From Candidatus Thorarchaeota archaeon (GTDB lineage Archaea; Asgardarchaeota; Thorarchaeia; Thorarchaeales; Thorarchaeaceae), in the NCBI GenBank assembly GCA_048882485.1, contig JBHLRP010000018.1:49217-59718 (forward strand): a stretch of 10,502 nt of DNA. Direction: 5' to 3'. The translations under genes were made by a program, and so were the position numbers. The first letter of the stretch is position 1. Each line of letters opens with the position of its first letter. Below are positions 6,979-10,502 of this stretch, piece by piece. Under the pieces are notes generated by a model, which did not search any database, had not been told where the DNA came from, and saw only the letters and a list, made by a program, of their open reading frames with translations.

Positions 6979-8058
6979 TTGGAGAGATTCTCAGTGCGAG
7001 CTCCAGGACGTGTCTGTCTTTTTGGAGAGCATAGTGACTATCTCGGTCTTGATGTCATTCCTGCGGCTATAGATTTAGCTATTCAGATTAAGTGTTCTCG
7101 AAGAGAGGATATGAGAATCAATGTGAACTACATGGACCTCAAAGAGGAAGACATCTTCGAGATTGATAGTGAAGATATCCCATACCGACACAATAGGGAT
7201 TACCTAAGAAGCGCATACAACATTGTGAGGCGAAGAGGAATACCTCTAAGGAGTGGGTGGGATTTAGAGGTGACAGGGAACATACCAATCGCCGCTGGAC
7301 TCTCCTCATCTTCTGCCTTAACCGTGGCTGGAATCATTGCTTTTGCTAGAATGAGCCGGAGTGCCCCACCACTCCCAAGGGAAGTTGCACAATTGTCATT
7401 TGAGGCAGAAGTCTTGGAGTTCGGAGAGAGTGGAGGCATGATGGACCATTTCGCATCTGCATACGGCGGGATCATTCATGTAGACCTTGGGGCGGACTAC
7501 AAGACTACTCGTCTTCCAGCAAAAATCGATGGAATAGTGATTGGAGACTCACTAGAGAAGAAAGAAGACACAGTCGCAGACCTCAAACGGATCAGGGACA
7601 CAATTGAGGGGGAGTACCTGCGTATTAAAGCCTCAATTCCGAATTTCCAACAAAGAACCACTGCCACAACGATTGTTGAAAAAATCACGCCAAACGACCC
7701 CAAAGAAGACAGGAAAATGGCACTAGCCTCCCTTCGTAATAGAGACCTCACCAGAAGAGCCTTTGAGTTTCTGATGAATGAGAATCCTGATCTAAAGGAA
7801 ATAGGTCACTTGCTTGACCTTCATCATCACCTTCTGAGGCACGATTTGAAGAGGTCAACTCTAAAGATTGAAGCTATGGTATCAGCTGCAAAATCAGCAG
7901 GAGCTCTGGGGTGTAAGATAAACGGAAGTGGCGGTGGCGGTACAATGCTAGCATTAGCTCCTAGAAAGGAAGAGATTGTTGCGAAAGCCATTGAGGAAGC
8001 AGGAGGCATTGCATACCGAGTAAAGATTGGTCCTGGAGCAAGAATCAAGGAAGGATAG
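6979..8058 (+). CDS. Galactokinase-family GHMP sugar kinase (substrate uncertain)
   Basis: APGRVCLFGEHSDY (galactokinase-like signature), IPIAAGLSSSSA (GHMP ATP loop), GGMMDH (catalytic Asp), GCKINGSGGGG (motif III). TTG start with AGGAG at 6964-6968. Confidence 0.88.
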   Translation: MERFSVRAPGRVCLFGEHSDYLGLDVIPAAIDLAIQIKCSRREDMRINVNYMDLKEEDIFEIDSEDIPYRHNRDYLRSAYNIVRRRGIPLRSGWDLEVTGNIPIAAGLSSSSALTVAGIIAFARMSRSAPPLPREVAQLSFEAEVLEFGESGGMMDHFASAYGGIIHVDLGADYKTTRLPAKIDGIVIGDSLEKKEDTVADLKRIRDTIEGEYLRIKASIPNFQQRTTATTIVEKITPNDPKEDRKMALASLRNRDLTRRAFEFLMNENPDLKEIGHLLDLHHHLLRHDLKRSTLKIEAMVSAAKSAGALGCKINGSGGGGTMLALAPRKEEIVAKAIEEAGGIAYRVKIGPGARIKEG

Positions 8059-8059
8059 A

Positions 8060-8851
8060 CTACTTAGCGAGCGGATGCTTCGGTTCTTCGCCTCTACAGT
8101 CGAATCCTATGGCATCACAGACCGCATACCTATGATTGTATCCTGCTATATGCAACGGAGCATCACCGAGCTCTCTATCCACTGTCATGGCACCGGTACA
8201 GGGATATGCGTGGTGAGCCTTCGCAATAACATCAAAGAGACCCTCAGTATCTGATACATCATGCCCCTTTACTTTCTGTGCCACATACCATGCGCAGCCG
8301 CACGGCGAGGACCGCATCACTGCAATCTCGCTGATCCTTCCCTTCTTGACAGTGGCATCAAAGGCTGGCCATCCAATCCGATATCTGTCAATGAACTCGT
8401 CAATCACTTTCCCATGTCCATGAGTGAGCGTGCAGAAGGGCTTTGGAAAGGCATGTTCTATCCCTATGGCATCTAGGGAGCCCTTGACCTGTTCCCTGAG
8501 GCCAGGTGGCAACCAGTTCGTGTCTTCTATGGGAGCGATCACAGCCTTGGCACCAGTCTTCTGTGCCAACACATCAGCTGAGGCAATCAGATCGTGGTGG
8601 ACACCAACAAGAAGAAGAACATCACACTGCTTGAGCTCGACACCCTCAAGCATCTCCATGGGATCATCGAACATCTTTGAGGATGGAGCATCTATCCGAT
8701 GCATTCCAACAATGTCCCCGACGTAAGTCCCGTATCCAACCCTACAGTCACCACATGTGGGAGCACATCCTTCACAGAAGGTCTTGAAGTTGATGAGATT
8801 ACCGAGTACTCGCTCAGCAAACACATCATCATAGATTGTTACCAACCTCAT
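8060..8851 (-). CDS. DUF166 family protein with an N-terminal CX2CX3CX2C motif
   Basis: PKPFCTL, MRSSPCGCAWYVA, HHAYPCTGAM and LHIAG match the DUF166 pattern as I recall it. ATG 8851 is preceded by GGGTG and is preferred over ATG 8881. 11 Cys in 263 aa. Confidence 0.72.
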   Translation of the reverse strand: MRLVTIYDDVFAERVLGNLINFKTFCEGCAPTCGDCRVGYGTYVGDIVGMHRIDAPSSKMFDDPMEMLEGVELKQCDVLLLVGVHHDLIASADVLAQKTGAKAVIAPIEDTNWLPPGLREQVKGSLDAIGIEHAFPKPFCTLTHGHGKVIDEFIDRYRIGWPAFDATVKKGRISEIAVMRSSPCGCAWYVAQKVKGHDVSDTEGLFDVIAKAHHAYPCTGAMTVDRELGDAPLHIAGYNHRYAVCDAIGFDCRGEEPKHPLAK

Positions 8852-8917
8852 TGTGAACACCCATGTAACAAAAGTGAGCACTTCTGATTACACTAAAGGT
8901 TGGCGGTTGGGGAATCC

Positions 8918-10480
8918 TCAGCTGCTCTCAGCGAGCTCCTTCATCCGGGTTTCGACTATCTCCAATACTTTTTCCTTGAGGTTCTGGCCATTGCCCAGAA
9001 TCTTCTTCACTTCATCACCCGTCTTCTTGACAAAGTCCTTGTCTTTGATGTTGCCAAGATTTATTCGAACGTTGAGTGCAGCTCCTTCAATTGCAGCCAT
9101 GAGAGCATGGGCAGCGACTCCAGCATCGGTGATTGAGTTAATATTGCCTTTCTCCGCAGCTGCCTTGGCATGTGTGAGGGCATTGAATGAGTGGCGCATT
9201 GTTGTCAATGGCACCTCTGCAGCATGAATCGTGGCAGCTTCAGTAGCAGCCTCTTTCTGTTTTCGCTCTTGAGGCGTTTCATCGGCCATTTTGAATGTGG
9301 CCATCACCTCATCGAATGCGGCCGAGTCTTTTTCAACCAAGTTCATGAGAACACCTCGGTCATTATCAACTGCATGACGGTGTTTCAACATCTCCTCCTT
9401 TATAGCCACAAAACGTCTACCTGATAGTGAGAGTCCTGTCACCATACCAACTAAGGCTGCACCATAGGAACCCATGGCTGCGGCTACACTTCCTCCTCCG
9501 GGTGTTGCTCTTGCCCTCCTGACTTGATTGCCAAACTCAATGAGTGACATCTCGCTGAATGTCTTCTTCTTTGGATCTTCAGCTCCTCCAAGATAGTAGA
9601 GGTCAAGAATCATTGAGTCATCCAATTTTTCAGGTCGAAGATAGTATCTGAGCGCATCAAGAAGGGCAAACAGTGGAACCATTCCGATTATCTCAGTCTC
9701 GATGACAGTGGCACCAAATCGTTGGGCTTCAAGCTTGACCATCTCAAAGACTTGGTGAATCTTCGTGCGTCTAGGATGTGTCAGATTTAGAGAAACCTGC
9801 ACACAGTTCTTCGCCGGCAGGTCAAGCCCAATACCTTGGACATTCACAAATCCACCAGTAAGTCCTCTAACAACATTTGCGCAGGACTTCGCCACCTCCA
9901 TGTTTGTTGTGTTGAGATTGAAATTGATTGCAATCAGGAAATTACGTGCGCCCGTGGCTGTGGCTCCGGCTGTGGGGTGAATCTTGTTCGGACCATAGTC
10001 AGGCTCTTTGCTGGGATCCTCTCCAATGAGGTCTCTAAGTCCCTCAAACTCACCCTCCCTGATGTTTGGTAGGTCTGCTCTCTCAGGTCGAGTGGCAGAC
10101 TTGTTGTACAAATAAACAGGCACATTGCATTTGCTTGAGAACTCCTCGGCAAACTCCTTTGAGAGTTCAATGCACTCACCAATTGTCGTGCCATGCAGGG
10201 GAATGAATGGGACAACATCCACTGCACCCATCCTTGGATGTGCACCCTTATGCTTCGTCAGATCTATCTTTTCGACTGCAAGTTCTGCAGCCTTCAAAGC
10301 AGCCTCCTTCACCTGCCGAGGCTCACCTATGAAGGTGAAAACTGAGCGGTTGTGATCAGGGTCGAACTCAATGTCCAGAAGTCTGACTGCTTCAACGCTG
10401 CGTATTGCATCTGCTAGAGCATCAATGACATCTTGTCGCTTTCCTTCAGAGAAGTTGGGCACACACTCGATGATTTTCAA
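8918..10480 (-). CDS. ftcd: Bifunctional glutamate formimidoyltransferase / formimidoyltetrahydrofolate cyclodeaminase
   Basis: FT domain: IIECVPNFSEG, DPDHNRSVFT, HKGAHPRMGAVDVVPFIP, GARNFLIAIN. CD domain: TPGGGSVAA, KDSAAFD, GNINSITDAGVAA, GAALNVRINL. TTG 10480 with GGTGA 5 nt upstream is preferred over GTG 10489. Confidence 0.95.
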   Translation of the reverse strand: MKIIECVPNFSEGKRQDVIDALADAIRSVEAVRLLDIEFDPDHNRSVFTFIGEPRQVKEAALKAAELAVEKIDLTKHKGAHPRMGAVDVVPFIPLHGTTIGECIELSKEFAEEFSSKCNVPVYLYNKSATRPERADLPNIREGEFEGLRDLIGEDPSKEPDYGPNKIHPTAGATATGARNFLIAINFNLNTTNMEVAKSCANVVRGLTGGFVNVQGIGLDLPAKNCVQVSLNLTHPRRTKIHQVFEMVKLEAQRFGATVIETEIIGMVPLFALLDALRYYLRPEKLDDSMILDLYYLGGAEDPKKKTFSEMSLIEFGNQVRRARATPGGGSVAAAMGSYGAALVGMVTGLSLSGRRFVAIKEEMLKHRHAVDNDRGVLMNLVEKDSAAFDEVMATFKMADETPQERKQKEAATEAATIHAAEVPLTTMRHSFNALTHAKAAAEKGNINSITDAGVAAHALMAAIEGAALNVRINLGNIKDKDFVKKTGDEVKKILGNGQNLKEKVLEIVETRMKELAESS

Positions 10481-10502
10481 GAGATTCACCGGTGCCCGCT
10501 CG

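Noticed and set aside
2358-8062. Pyrrolysine read-through at the four TAG stops
   Set aside because: All fall at expected C-termini, one is a tandem TAG TAG, the others run straight into convergent genes, and no pyl genes are in the window.
1-10502. CRISPR array, transposon, integrase, tRNA or rRNA
   Set aside because: No regularly spaced repeats, transposase/integrase motifs, cloverleaf or rRNA-like sequence seen. Nearly all bases are explained by CDSs.

Overview
Gene-dense window with ten CDSs in frequently switching orientation. It is most likely from an Asgard archaeon (possibly Thorarchaeia), an inference from a stand-alone longin-domain protein, a DUF166 protein and GGAGGTGA/GGTGA-type ribosome-binding sites. 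Gene order: 5'-truncated PAP2 phosphatase (+); GH42-like TIM-barrel glycosidase (-); acetoacetate decarboxylase-fold protein (+); longin plus winged-helix protein (-); ABC exporter permease and ATPase (-); lipoate-protein ligase (+); a 236-bp intergenic region packed with inverted repeats; galactokinase-family GHMP kinase (+); Cys-rich DUF166 protein (-); fused formiminotransferase-cyclodeaminase (-). No rRNA, tRNA, CRISPR array or mobile element was seen. I cannot support one coherent novel operon. The best leads are: an NPRL2 (GATOR1)-like longin-wHTH protein, an ADC-fold protein whose Schiff-base Lys is replaced by Arg, a GH42-like enzyme with a DE pair and no obvious beta7 nucleophile, a candidate structured RNA, and a DUF166 protein with an extra CX2CX3CX2C motif next to FTCD. 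All family assignments come from motif recognition and recalled reference sequences, not database searches.
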